64,000 nt of DNA. Origin: the human T2T-CHM13v2.0 reference genome, Homo sapiens. The translations under genes were made by a program, and so were the position numbers. Numbering within the stretch: the first letter of the stretch is position 1; each line of letters starts with the position of its first letter. Below the pieces are notes generated by a model, which saw nothing but the letters and a program-made list of their open reading frames with translations, had not been told where the DNA came from and made no database searches. This document shows, one piece after another, positions 41,290 to 56,699 of the stretch. The stretch is taken from NCBI RefSeq assembly GCF_009914755.1, contig NC_060942.1, one strand, 5' to 3'.

Positions 41290-41809
41290 TATTTCTTTTA
41301 AATCTTGCTGTGTTGGGTTTGAAGGAGTACGTTAATAATCATGTTTCCTTGTTTTGCCGTGTGGCTATTTTCTTAGCTGCCTTCCACTGGCTGTCTCACA
41401 TCGAAAGTGAATTATGGAACTAGTATTTGGAAACTGTTGTCTTGAAACTGGGGGAGTTTAACTTCCCCCTAAAATATTGGATACATTTTCATCATCAGGA
41501 TGCATGTTTACATAATGATAATCTGAAATATTCTTAATAATGCATATGCTTTACTTTTCATAGAATGGAGACTCTTGGCTTTCAAGGAAGATGGACTCAT
41601 GAAACTGTTAACAAACCTGAGTAGCACTGTCTGGTAGCAATATAATAAACTTTTCAAACCTAACATTAAAGAGCACGAATATCTGATAATGTTTATCAAA
41701 TTTCCTACATAAAAGATTATGTGGGAGCCTTAAATACAATCTGCTGTAAAAACAAATGTGGCAATCTGCCTAGTATATATTTTCCTTTCATAGGAGGATT
41801 CATTTTTAG

Positions 41810-42167
<358 letters not shown>

Positions 42168-42814
42168 TTAAAAAGGTAAAGCTGAATAGTTTATTTATCT
42201 ATAATTTGTGTTCTTTTTAACAGAACATTTTGTTAACATTTTAGAAATATGATGAACTTGAACTTCAAGTGACCACTGAGTGAATTTTATTTCTATTTTT
42301 TTGTGATATTGATATCATAGTTAACTTTTTTCAGTTTGGATTATATACATTGTTCATTTTTTTCCTATAAAAGTATAAATAATACATTTTTGCCAAAGCG
42401 CACACTGCATTTTTGTGAACACTTCTGATTATATCCTAAGGATAAATTCCTAAAAAATGTAATTGTGCAGTGAACACATATGCCTGAATTTAAAGCTTTG
42501 GATGTAGCATTAACACATTTTCACCCAGAAAGCCTATGCCAATTTGTGTTTCGTTTAAACAAGTCGCATGTGGGAATGCATTTTCATTTTCAGGTATGTA
42601 GGACATTATCCCTTTTTCAGTCTGTGTGATTTGGATGTTGCAATGTGCTTAGCTAAATAAAAAGGACCTTGTATTTATGTGCATTTTTTTAATTACAAGT
42701 AAACCTAAATTTCTATTCTGTGTCCTGGCTACATTGGACAGCCTGTTTCTTCACTTTGCCTATGATTCTGTTAGGACATTTATCTTTCCCTTCTTGATTG
42801 GTGAGAGCATTTTA

Positions 42815-43160
42815 AAATTAATACATAATATTTGTGCATTTTTATGGGGTACCTGTGACATTTTGATACAAACATACAATGTATAACGATCAAATTAGGC
42901 ATTTAGGATGTCATGTCACACATTTACTATTTCTTTGTGTTGGGAACATTTTAAATCTCTTCTAGCATTTTGAAATATACAATAAATTGTTGTTCACTAT
43001 AGTCACCCTGTTGTGCTGTTGAACGCTAGAACTTATTCCTTCCGTCTCACTGTGTGTTTGTATCTATTGACCAATCTCTCTTTATCCCCATATCCTTCCC
43101 AGCCTCTGGGAACTATCATTCTGTTTTCTACCTCCATGAGATCAACTTTTTAAATTCCGT
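42815..43160 (-). mobile_element. L1MA 3' end
   Basis: ttatggggtacctgtgacattttgatac...ctacctccatgagatcaacttttt. Confidence 0.8.
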
Positions 43161-46103
43161 TTTTTACGTTTTACATTAACTGAGACCAACATTGCATCTC
43201 TACTATGTGCAAGACCAGAGCTTCTGAAAATTTGGAGGAAAGAAACACTTCCAATTAAATGTACAATATTTCCTCATGATTTTGGCATGTTGCTTGGTAG
43301 ATAAAATAGTATTCTTTTAAACAGCATGATATACCTTATTTTATTTCCATAATAATTGAGATAATTTATACATGCAAATACATATTTGGACAAGTCAGCT
43401 AGGGGAAATAAATAAATATCTGTCAAAAATGTTAATATTGTGTGACCTTTGTAAACATTTCTGCAAGGCATTCAGTTTTTGGGGGGATAATTGTGCAATT
43501 GTGCCTGTGTAAATTTATGATCAAGGGCAACTGTAAAAATATCTGTCATGATGAAATACTGCCTATTCTTCAATAGATTATTGGCTGTTTTATGTTGCCA
43601 TGGCTGATTCTTTACCTTCTTTCCAATGCCATTTGGATGGACAGTTTCTTCAATGAGCTAGGAAGCATAAATTGGAAATATATTGGGCAAGTTGTTCAAG
43701 GTGTCTTGTTCCAAAGAAAGAATAATTCCTCTGTTAATATTTTATAGTTTCATGCTAATGAGGAGATTCTTCAGCTAGCAAGAGAGCAATTTAGGCCATA
43801 AAGTAGAAGTAACTTTATAACTAGGAGAAGAAATGAACACTGAAATCTTTGCTGGAATGTTTTGCACTTTTTCAATGTTTTTGGCTTCTCCTAATAAGGC
43901 ATCCTGCTTAGTTATCAATCTACTTGGCCCTTGGTAGCTCAAGTCTTGATTTTAAAACCTGAAAATCTTCCTTAGTTAAAGGGTGAGATGGGATGAGGTA
44001 GAGAAACATTAAAGGAAGCAGTACAAATGAGCTCTGTTAGCAATGATCAAAAGCAAAATGTTAAAAAATGTTAGCAGGAAGAGGAGGGCTATCTTTTCTA
44101 ACTCAGGCTAATGATTTTTTTTTCCTTTAGATTCAGCTAAGGATCTTACCTCAAAGCCCCTGAGTGGGAGGTTTTTATTCTTGTTTTGGTTTTAAATTTT
44201 ATCCTTAAAATGAAGTTTCTAAAACACATTAACAATGTGGAAAAAAAAAAAAACAGTGAATTAGAAATCAAAGGGCTGATCTTCTTTTTCTGTCTGTGAC
44301 CCTAGCTAGTTGTATGACCTAGGAAAGTGACCTACCATCACAGCATAAATATCTTTCTCCTTAGGATGAGGAGCTTAGAAAACATGGGCACTAAGTTTCC
44401 TTGACCTGTAACATGATTTTATAGTTTTTTTGAGTCATATCGCCCTGTTAACTGTGTTAAAACATTGTCATTTCTGTCTTGCATGGCTTATTTACTTCTG
44501 CTTGCCTGAGTCAGCAACATGATGGGATCACTGTGCATTCCAATTCGCTAGATATTTCTTTTTTCATCAAATGGGTAGTAACTCTTCAGCAATCCTTGCT
44601 AATCTTATGAACCATGTAACAGATGCACCTGTCGTTGGTCACACCTCATATGAAATGCAAATGTTGCTATTTCCCATTGACATTTATGTTCTAATCATGA
44701 CCTTGAAGAGAGCTAATTTAATATCATTTTGCATGCCAGATTTTGGCCTTGCAAGAAAACATACACAAAGGATTTATGTTACATGTCTGCAGTCTGCTTT
44801 GAATATTTTCATTCAAATTATCTGGGGGAGATCTGTTAGTAATCATGTTGCAAAATAATTCATAAAAAGGTAACTAAACTTTTCAGTAAATGTGTTAATA
44901 ATAACTCATGGGATGTAATGAAACAGGAACAAGATAGTGTCATATGTGAAACAATATTGGTCATATGTCATTGCAATCAATTTTTATACTTGGAAATCCT
45001 TCATATATTAGATGTTGTTATTTTAGCATACTTACAAATTTTTATAAAAAATAATTTCTCAAACTCCTCTCATGTAGCTCCGAGGGTAGACTAAAATTTT
45101 CCCAATGATAATGAAGATGGCCAGTTTTAAAGAAATGCATTTTCAGATCCACTTGTTATTTGATGTTAAGTGTACACATACATATATCAAGATAATTTTA
45201 TATGAATACCATATCTTTTATTTTTTCTTTCTATACTCAAGGACAAAGGGTAATAACAGTTGTTTATATTTTTGTTTCTCTAAGATGCCATTTAGAACAG
45301 TGCATATAAAAATAGAAGGCAAAAGTACAAGATATCCAGAAAGTATGTTCATTTATTGTTATTAATTTATTATGTAATGCACTGAATACAGACTGTGGAG
45401 TATATTTTGTAAAATATCTGGCTATTTCTTGGAAACTGGGGTCATTTTAAGGGCACTGTATGACATTAGATAAGAAAAGCCATCTTCAAGATACTTGTTC
45501 AGTTTATTTTTTATTTTATTTTATTTTTTACTTGTTCAGTTTATTATCTGAATAGGATCAACTTTGACCAAATGATTGTAAAAGCAAGGATCTCCAGCTT
45601 TCCTTTCTCCCTATGGCTGTTATACTGAATAAAAAAATACCCTAGGCGGAAGAGAAGTGATGATATTGTCCTGGTGAGCTGCTTCAGTGCAGAAATATGG
45701 AGTGATCGTTATCTACTCCTTCTTTCCTGGTGAGGGAGGTCTAGCATATATGTCCCATGGATCAGGGCAGCTGAAAGAACAACCATGTTGGTGCATTGAG
45801 CCAGAGGCATATATTAAGTTATGCTTAAAAAACAGTGGACTTCAGAGGAGTGTGGGTGCCTGGTGATAGAAACAAGACAGATGATCTTGCTCTTGGGAGC
45901 TGAGACCTAAAACTATTAAAGTCTGAGATATTGACAAAAAATAGAAATATCCCACGTCTCCTGCCCAGAGCCTGGCTAGCTCAGGGGTGGAGTCACTTGT
46001 ATCATTGGTGACCCCCATCCTTTTAATGGATCCTGGATGAAATGGGCAGCTGTCCCTAGGAAGTTTTCTTCCAACAATCCTAAAGCCAGAGATTTGTTTA
46101 GCT

Positions 46104-46310
46104 GTTTCTTTTTTCTCTTTTCTTTATTTATTCTAAAAAAAAAAAAAACAAACAAAGAAAAAAACAGGATACATGTGCAGAATGTGCAGGTTTGTTACAT
46201 AGGTATACGTGTGCCATGGTGGATTGCTGCAACTATTGCTCTGTCTTCTAAGTTCCCTCCCCTCAAAACCCACCCCCAACAGGCCCCGGTGTGTGTTGTT
46301 CCCCTCTCTA
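46104..46310 (-). mobile_element. L1PA8-like 3' end, severely 5'-truncated
   Basis: aaaacaggatacatgtgcagaatgtgcaggtttgttacatagg...caacaggccccggtgtgtgttgttcccctc; possible TSD agatttgttt / agacttgttt. Confidence 0.8.
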
Positions 46311-47853
46311 AACAGACTTGTTTTAATCTCAATTCTAACAGTAAGAAGTCATCTGGCTACCCCCCAAATATTTGAAGTTTCTGAGGCTTACAATAATATA
46401 ATAATTGAACATATTTAAATGGGATGTTGTGGTCAAACAAGAAGATAATTATGTAAAGTGTTCTGTTCAATTCTTAAAACACAAAGTACATAATAAAATG
46501 ATAAACCTCATAAACAATTTGTATACATAAGAGATATTAGTGGAAGTTGTGTACCTATGTTGTTTTCACATTCTGAAAAGCATTTCATATATAAGCATGA
46601 ACTCTGGTGGAAATGTTATCTGTTACCTCATTATCAAGTCTAGTTTACAATACTTTCTTTTTCTTGTCTATTATAAGAAAATAATGTAGCATAGTGTTGT
46701 TGCACTTATTTTAGGACAATAGACTTATGACAGTGAAGGAATCTGATTATAAAAAAACAAGATTTTCTTACTTGCTCAAGTTTCATTTAGAGCCTGGTGA
46801 TAAAGTCATTACAATCAAGGTTTTTTGGTTTGTTTTCAAATATTGAACTACTAAGCTTTCCACTTTTCATCATTCTATCATTTTCTTCTGTCCTTTTGGC
46901 TATAACGTTTAGGAGTAGTACCTTCATTAAACAGCATTTTATATCTTTGAGTAATGATTTGTTTTTCATATATTCTTCAGAAACTCTTTGAAAGTTTTTC
47001 TTATTTGCATAGAATTGTATTACCTTACACCCACATCCACATTAAATCAAGATTCCTTTCTTCATGTATTCACTTAATTGCCAAGAATGTCAGTAATATT
47101 TTTGCAAATGTTTTCAGTATCTGTAAGAAAGTTAATTTTCATTTTAAAAGCTGCCGCATGAATATTTCAATTACTGCCACTCACAACTAAATGGTTTTAA
47201 AATACTAGTACCTGTTATGTGTTTCTTTAAAAACAGTTTATAAAATAAAATTAGTATATGAAGTTAAAAAATAATTGAATGGGGTTTAATGTCTATTCCT
47301 TTTATTTTTATATATTCAGTATTTTAGCAGAATATATTGATAGGAGCTCTTTTCAAAATGACGTTTTATCCTTTGTGGTGCCACAAGCTAGATTATGTTC
47401 ATATGTTTTATAGCAAGTTAGTACAAGTTTATGGTGTTCCAAAAATTTTTGAAATCCATGCATAGTCTTTTTATAACATGCATTTTCCAATACTTTTTTG
47501 AAGATCCTTCATATGTATACGTGCACATATATAGTATGCACATTAAATGACCTTTTAAAGAGAATGATACATTTCATCTTTTATATTCTTACAGTGAAAA
47601 TAATAGAAAATAGATTTGTACTAGAGTTACAGACATTATATGACTGCATGTATCAGCATGGGTAAATTTCCAAAGGTAAAATAGAAACAAAAAAAGCAAA
47701 TTGCGGAATGATCCATTCACTAAGTTACTATTTGTAAAGAATTCCAAAATCTGAACTCATACACTCTTGTTTTGGGATTATACATGTGAAGTAGCAGTAA
47801 AAATATATCCAGAGAGTATGCAAAGGGCAAGTTCAGCAGTTACTAACTTAGAG

Positions 47854-47856
<3 letters not shown>

Positions 47857-47904
<48 letters not shown>
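47857..47904. repeat. (TG)24 microsatellite
   Basis: Read directly from the sequence. Confidence 0.98.
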
Positions 47905-47906
<2 letters not shown>

Positions 47907-48954
47907 GTGAATTAACCAAAGCAATAGGCCAAATTGGCTCTTCTTGGCAAGGACGTTCAGAGACTTCGGGTATTTCTGTCTCATTTATGCACCATTCATA
48001 GAGCCTTGTCCTGGTCTGTTGGAAAATGATGAATTTCAGAGTGACAGCGTTGCTTGTGTTGCAGGTCAAGAGAGAAAGGCAAAGACACATGGGTGTCAAA
48101 TGGAGGCCTGGAAATTGCCCACGTCATTCTACCATCATGGTAGAATGGCCCTCCTATCATGTGGCCACGTGAGAACCTTCTGACAAACGTGTGAAGCTGG
48201 GAAATGTAGCTTTGTCTTGAGGTCGGGAAGTAGGAAAGGAGGATTTACGCAGACAAGTTAAGTCCTCTATCTCACTAAGTCAATTAAGTTTTCTTCCTGG
48301 ATGGTGATTCTTGACCAATGATGTGGACAAAAAAAAAGCAGTTTAGTACTATGAATTAACTAAACTTTAGTTCTTCTTCACAAATTATTGTAGTTATTTG
48401 GGTCCTGTTCTAATTGTGAGATTTTTTTTCAGCTTTCTCAGCAATTATTTTAACCTCTACACATAAATACAATATATTCTTTCTATTATTCAGATTTGCC
48501 AGATTTGGTGTGTGTGGTTTACAACTAAAGAATCCTAAAAATTAGAAAATAGGATATATTTTTAAGGAACTCACTTTCTCTAATGTACAATGTAGGGGGC
48601 CCTATGCCTCATCTGTAGGAGAGACATTTGAATTTATATACTCATAGAGCTGCCAACATCGAAAATGTATAGTTAACCAAATGTTGCATTGTATTTGGAA
48701 AAATATTGTTTCTTAACCCTGATTATAAGTATAGTCTTATTACTTCTTACTCTTTTTTTCCTCATTTGCACTTAATTTACTCTTATAACTTAAATGTGTG
48801 TATGTACATATGAACTGAAATATATATGTAAGCATACTTTTATGATGCAACTTTATTTTAAATTCCATTGACTTTCAACTAGATTTTACCTTACTGAATT
48901 GCAGCTACCTACGTTTTAGGTTGATTGAAAAAGAAACTTTAAAAGAAACGGTCA

Positions 48955-49258
48955 GCCGGGCGCGGTGGCTAACGCTTGGAATCCCAGCACTTTGGGAGGC
49001 TGAGGCGGGTGGATCACGAGGTCAGGAGATTGAGACCACGGTGAAACCCCGTCTCTACTAAAAAATACAAAAAAAATTAGGCGGGCGTGGTGGCGGGCGC
49101 CTGTAGTCCCAGCTACTCAGAGAGGCTGAGGCAGGAGAATGGCGTGAACCCGGGAGGCGGAGGTTGCCGTGAGCCGAGATCGCGCCACTGCACTCCAGCC
49201 TGAGCCACAGAGCGAGACTCCGTCTCAAAAAAAAAAAAAACAAAAAAAAGAAAAAAAA
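48955..49258 (+). mobile_element. AluYd/Yc3-lineage element
   Basis: 12-bp left-arm deletion (gagacca|cggtgaaa), cgcttg, tactcagagaggctg; TSD aaaagaaacg(g/c)tca. Confidence 0.88.
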
Positions 49259-49427
49259 GAAACGCTCATTTATGCATTCTTAGAAGTGGGCATTGATATT
49301 GCTCACTTAATAAAAATATATCTACTTAATTACCCAAAGCAAAAGAAACTTATAATTAAAACCCTACAAGTCAAAAATACAGGTCTCTTGGAACTTTTAA
49401 GCCACACGTTTTTGAAACATGTACGCT

Positions 49428-49482
49428 TGTGTGTGTGTGTGTACAGAGAGAGACAGTGTATATATACACACACACTCTCTGT

Positions 49483-49538
<56 letters not shown>

Positions 49539-49545
49539 ATGTATA
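49428..49545. repeat. Compound (TG)/(GA)/(TA)/(CA)/(CT)/(TG) microsatellite
   Basis: Read directly from the sequence. Confidence 0.95.
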
Positions 49546-52500
49546 ACTTGTCTCTAAAAATAGGTGCCTAAGCTTATTAAGGGGTTATGGACTTTTGATA
49601 TATCTACAACTGTTATTTTAATTGTCACATGTCAAGTGATTCAAGTGATGCTGCTTTACTGGTATTGATCTAAAGTGATACAGATTTGGATATTATTGGT
49701 GATATTTTAATTATTTACAAATGGCTTATACCACAAAGAATTGTGATTAAGATTTACTAAGTCCTATAATTAATAATTTTTGTGTTTGTGTGGGAAATTT
49801 GCCATGGTGTTGATGAATTAAATTCCAAAGATTAAATAAATACTATAACAATGAAAATTTAGATGTCTAGTAAGTCAGGAACATACTTCTGTTTCCCTAG
49901 TTCCTTTCAATTGTGGAAGATAAGTCTTAATAAACAAAGAAAACTAGTTAGGTTTATTTCTCTGTCCAAGTCTACTCTACCTTAGAAAATATAATTTCTG
50001 AATTCTGAGCTAAAGGGATTGTAAATAAAGGCGCCAATGGAAATAGCTTTAAAATTAATTAGTAATAAGTTTTCTTCTCTCCTCAAATTGCCATGGTGAA
50101 CTAAATTATGGAAATATCATAGATCTCTACAAAGGGAGTTTTTAATTAAAACCTAGACGTCATTTAAGCAACCACATACAACATATTACAAATATAAATT
50201 CTTTTGTTATTTTTAGTATAAATTATTATTTGATTGGATAGCCTTATCATGTTAGTATATGAAACCACTTTAAATGCAAATTCAAATAATGACTATATGC
50301 AATTATTTATATGTATTCATTGCTATTCAGTCCATAAATATATGGAACTTTGGAAATAATATTAAGAAATCCTGCTTTTCCTAATATTGTCTCACTTTCT
50401 AATATTTAAAAAATACAATCCATCAATTTAACTGTTTTGACCCATGGTTTGGAAAAAAAATGAAATGAAAAAACAACATGTGACCATATTGATCAATGCT
50501 TAAGTTTAGAATATCACTGAAAAATGTCAAATCCAATATTTATGTGAACATACTTTGAATATAAATGATAACTATTTAAAGGCTGGGCAACATTGACAAA
50601 GCAATGGAATTGTTAGATGTACCACCAATAATGGCTTTGACATTCACTTGAATGGAAAGTCCTTCCAGGAGTTTACTGAGAAAAGTAAAAAGTATTTTAG
50701 ATGGATGAGTTCATCCATAATTTTCATTTTTGTTTTCATTTAGAGTTTCATAAGAGCTTTAATATTAAAAGTTTTTAGGTGATGAATGATAAGCATCTTA
50801 AGGAAACTTTATGTTTTATCAGATTTGTATCATATTTAACATGAATCTCTAATACATCTAGTTTCTGACTCAATATACTAAAAATCATATAATGTTCACA
50901 TTTAGTATTTTCTCCAAACTCATCTACTTCATTGACACCATACTTTTATGTCCTTTCTTCTGGGAAGCTTAAATGAAAGAATGTCAAGATTATGAGAAGC
51001 TTGTAAAAGTTCAATGGTGTCTTAAACTCACTGTACCAGAGCTTATCATTGATAGAGAATAATATATTACTGCAGTTAATGAATCTGGCATAAAATTCAA
51101 CTTCTGTTAGTAAGGAAAAAATGTCTTTATTGGATTAAATGCTATTTAGTAGAATGGGATTTATATGCTTGGTGAATAAAGAATACTTTAATGAGCGTAG
51201 TATATATCATAAGAGATGAGAACAGTCTTTGCATATTTCTCAGTAATTCTCTATTAGAATTCTGAGACAATACAAATCACACATTTTAAATTTCTGCTCA
51301 GAAACGTCTCATTGAAAGCAGGCTTCCTAAATAAGAACAGTGGACTAGTGTAATCCAGGAAGGGCACTTGGTCACTGATAGCTTAAGGAAATCCCAGTGT
51401 TGTTTCCAGGAATCAAAGTCACCTCATGGTTTTCAATCACTCCTCACTGAAGGCTATATAGCAGGAACTTCACTCACCAAATATGCTTTCAGTGTTAACT
51501 TTATATCAAGCACTAAGCATATCAATCAATCTTCCATCTATCCAAAACATGCTTCTGTAAGGTCTTAAGAGGTATCTTTAGCTATTAACTTTGAAGATCA
51601 CCAACTGTTCTTAACTTCAGTGTATCTTTTTCTCAATAACAGGTGGTACCAAAAGAGGTGAGATAGGATGGCATGCAGTGTTCTGAATCAACATCTGCTG
51701 TGGTCTTGAAGTTCTAGGTAGAAAATAAAAGAATCAGAAATAGATTGTTCTTTCTTATCACCATCTAGAGGAAGGTTAACTATTTGGAAAAGGAAAGAAA
51801 ACAAAAAGGAAGCAAAGACCTGTTTTTCTAAGCAGTATTATATAATAGAATTTGGTTTTCTGGAACAAGCTTGTTTTATTTCAAGCAGTGAAAGAGTAAA
51901 GTTTCCAAGGATATTGTATCAAATACTCTGAAGTTCAAGTGCTGAGGTTTGAACAGAAGAGCTCACAAGACTGGCAGTTCTCAGAAGACTGTAATTGGAA
52001 ACAGAAGGACTCTTATTATGCTGTGATATCTGCATGCTAATACTCACAAAATGCATACAAGTGACCTAACAATTTTATCAGGAGAGTACACATAAATATT
52101 GCTAACCTCATGTTAAATGCAGGGTAAAACTTATTCGAAGGAAGAGATAAAGTAAAAGTGTAGCTCAACAAACGTCTGCAAATACATGTACCTTCAGTTG
52201 AGCATAGGTATTACTGTCCTGCCTTAGTCAAGCTAATGTGAGCCAAGAGTAAACTGTGATCGTGACTGCTCAGTAGAAATAATCGAGGGATGATGCTGCC
52301 TACATGCCAAATAACCACTTTACTAGCATTTTAGCGCATTATAAATACCCAGGTGTGGCATTCTGGCAGTTCATTGGAAACAAGGAATCAGGGCTCAGGA
52401 GTGACTCGGAAATAGAGAATTTGGAGACAGAGGTGAAGTGGTGTGGTTGAAATAAAGAGAAAAATCATAAAATAAAAAAAGGAATGCCTATAATAAGAAC

Positions 52501-53329
52501 TCAGAAGAAAAAAGCATGCAGAAAGGGAAATGTCAGAGAAGTGGAAAGAGAAAAATTAGGAGAAAGCAAAGTCATAGAAGGCCAAAGAGAGCTTCGAAAA
52601 GGATGAGAGAAAATACAGACCTGAAGGTCAAAGTACTATTTTTGAGAAATATTGTTAACAACTGATAGAACATGAAGATGAAAGTAAAACTTTCATGCAC
52701 TAAAAACAGAAGCATATATACAGACCATAATGGAGTTACATGGGGAGTTTTCTTAGAAACCACTATTTTTAAAAAGCATGTCAAAAATGAAAGATAAATA
52801 AGAATACCATTTTTAAAAGTAACTTAAATATGTCATCGCAAAGTTTATAAAATCCTGATTATTTGAAAATAAATTTAAAACTTATAAAAGATAACAATAT
52901 TTTAAAGTTATTTTTAGCACACATAAAATACTCTATAAAATGCATAAAACCTATATTTATTTTAAACATTCTGTTAATAGATTAGAGAGAGAAAGCTAAA
53001 GTCCCTCATTTCTATTTAATTTTAATTAATTTAGTATGGTATTATTAAGTTCCTATTATTATATGTATGATGTATATAATACAACTTACTATCAAATGTG
53101 AGTTGCATCTCTCATGCTAGAAATATAAGATAAAGACCATATAGCTGCTGAATAATTTTATGCCCTCAAGGACTACATTTTAAAAATGCTGAAAAATCAT
53201 CAGTAATGTGCTCACCACCCTGTGTTAAGTGGATGTCTGCCCTTTGTCTTTTATATTGTTTCATCTGATTGTTTTAAGTGGATCAGGTCAAATATTCTAA
53301 CTTAAACAAAAATATCATTAAAATCTGTG

Positions 53330-53780
53330 AAGAACACTGTAAATAGATAATTGCTCCAGTTTACACAGAGGGAAGAAAACTGGCCTTCAAGCACTGGTAA
53401 TCTTCATGTTGTTGGTTAGCACAATTCCAGAACAATTATTATGCATTTGTTAATGAGTATTTTAACAATACATTATAGGTCAGTTTGTTTTCACAAATAA
53501 CAACAATTGTCCGATGGATCTCATAGGTTGATGAGGACTTGCACTAGATTTTCTCTACATTGATGTTTAGCATGATATTTGACAAAGCAGTATGTTTCTT
53601 TGTTAAATGGGGAAGTTCAATGAGTGTACAGCTAGTTCTGTTCTCAGGAGTATGAACAGTCTTACCCAAGAATAACAGTGCATGGATAAGTATTAACTTG
53701 GGTTATATACCTACTGGAATCTTATACAATTTCTTCAGTACTTCTTCCCATATTTTTAAGTGTCAACTCTGTATCAGACA
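53330..53780 (+). mobile_element. L3/CR1 reverse transcriptase fragment
   Basis: Ordered decayed motifs resembling PIFKKGK, ILEQII, YLDFSKAFD and TQRV.I.G. Confidence 0.5.
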
Positions 53781-53891
53781 CTAAGAACTTTACCTTATAC
53801 TATTCTGTATTCTTGTTATAAATAAAGGTTACTTATCTCATTATGTAAGGCAGTGAACACTCAGATTCCATACAATTTTTCATCTGATAGA

Positions 53892-54365
53892 GTGGTAGGC
53901 AGAATAATGGCCCCAAGGAAGATGTTCATTTCTAATTCTTAGAACCTGCAAATATGTTAGGTCCATGGCAAAGGAGAATTAAAGCTGGAGATGGAATCAG
54001 GGCTGTTAATAATCTGACCTTGAATAAAGAGATTCTCCTGGTTGACCCAGGTGGACCTAATAGAGTCACAAGTGTCCTTGTAAGTGAATGAGGGGGCAGA
54101 ACAGAGAGCAACAGAGAGATAGCAGGATGAGCGCGCATCGCCCTGGTGGCTTTGCCAAGGGAGGAATGGGACACGGGAAGCTGGTGGAAGCTGGAAATGG
54201 CAGGGCAATGGTTTGTCCGGTAGAGTCTCCAGGAGGAATGTCATCCTGATTTTAGACCGCTGAGAGCATTTTGGACTTCTGACCACCAGAAATGTAAGAT
54301 AATAAATTTATGTTAGAAGCCACAAGGTTTGTGATAATTTGCCATAGCAGCAATAGAACTAAGGC
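53892..54365 (+). mobile_element. MLT1D LTR
   Basis: tggtaggcagaataatggcccc start; ttggacttctgaccaccagaa; gcagcaatagaac end. Confidence 0.85.
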
Positions 54366-55901
54366 TGATAGATTTCCTGATGGAGCTGGATTCAATCCCA
54401 GCTTTCCAGACTCGGAAATCAGTGCTCTTTCTGCTACACCGAACACTCCCTCTTCTCATGAACTACTTAAAAGATACATGGATCAAATTTGCATATAACA
54501 TAATGCAATGAGGAGAATCTGATAAATTAGAACAGAGGATAAAGCTCTATCTATCTATTTATCTATATATAGATCTGTCTGCCTACCTACCTACCTACCT
54601 TAATAGGTTGAAGTAAGGTAAAAAATAATTTTCAGTATTAAATGTGAATATTTTATTTATAAATGTCAGTTATACTGCATCACAGAAGCCCATTGTGTCA
54701 CTTCTACAAACAGCAATGTGTTTTTTTCTGGATGCGTGTGATTTTATTTATTTTTATTACCTGCAGAAAGAAAAACTCGACCCTGAAAAAGTTGGGGCTT
54801 TAGCATTTTAGCAAAATCTCCCATATGTCTGTTCTTGTTATTGTTGGCCTGATGGATGTGTTATACATAGTTCAGTGAGAAAAGCCCTTATTTGCCACAA
54901 ATTTATTCTGCAATTTAAATGGACTGTAATGTTTCTGTGAGGTCTTTAATTAAAGGTTGAATTATACAGACTTTGTAGTTAACATTCAATAAATATAAAA
55001 TAAAAACTTTATATTGAATAGCTTATTAAGAGCCTAGGAAAATATCAGGCAGCTTCTCGCTTATTTATAGAGAACATAATAAAATATGACCCCCTGAGGA
55101 ATTTTAATTTTAATAATTTAAATTCTTCTACCTGTAATGTGTCTTGGTTCTTGTGTTCCCAATGTCAACAGAATGTAAACATTCTCCAGGTGTCCTCCCT
55201 TCTCTAATTGATGAGGTATTGGCTTCCCAATACTTCATATTATGGCATTAATTTGTCTCAAGACTTATACATGTGGCCCATATGTTTTTTAAATCTTATT
55301 TACTGTTGAAGAAAAAATTCAGGTTTGTATTGTATTTCCACAAGCACACTGTTAAAGACTTTGTGCATTTTAGTTAGCTGCTCACCATTTAGGATGTATC
55401 GTTATAGTGGTAATGAGAAGAAAGTTCTTTAAAATTCCCCCTTTTCTGGCTTTATCTGACTCATGGCACTGTACTTTGATATCTAAATGTATTGTGACAA
55501 CCCTTATCATTTGGACTAGGTTCCACAAAAAATAATGACCTTTAGTTCTTACTTTGGTTCAGCAGAAAGGGCTGGATTATCCATAAAGATGCAGAAAACC
55601 ATTTCCACCAGGAAAAAGACCCAGAGTTGTGTGTGATTTAAATATTATGAATTAACTTCCATGTTCATGTTTAGAATATTTAATACATTGTGATTTTTTT
55701 CCCTGTCTTTAATGAACAACATCACACTGAAATGGAGAGAATTTACTGTTATTATAAGACTGTCAGTTAATTTCTCTGAGCCTTAGTGACTTCATCCATA
55801 AAATAAAGATAATTATACCTACTTGGCACAGAATGTGTCTGTGATGTGAAGCATACGATGTATGCCATGTGATAGGTTGAGCAATATAAGGTAATTACGT
55901 C

Positions 55902-56210
<309 letters not shown>

Positions 56211-56699
56211 TGATGAAGTTTTAATCTGTCAAATGGAAACAGCATGTGTATGGTTATCTATATACAAGGAATGTTTGCTCAATTGGAACTTCCTAGTTAA
56301 CAGAGCTCAGAAGTAGACTTGCCTACAATGGTGGTCTTCAAATCTTTCAGATTCTCAGCTTCTATTTTCCTTCTTTCCCGAGATGGGTTAGCCTGAGAAC
56401 AGGTGCGAGGTCAGCTTCCTCCCAAACTCCCATTCTACTCTTCCATATCTCCTTTCATAGAATCTCTCTACTGCTCTATTCAAAAGACAGACCTCACAGG
56501 CATCCTGGATTTTCCTTCAAAACAACCCCCAATGTGCATGGCGTTAAACCTCAGAAATGCCAAGCACAGACACAAATCAAAGTATTATATGTTTAAAAAG
56601 TGAATAGCTCCAATGACCTGATAGCAAAACTGCTCCTAAGATAGGCGATTTCCAGTTTGATTTTTAGGAAGACTAATCAAGCGTCCAGCTGATCATTAT

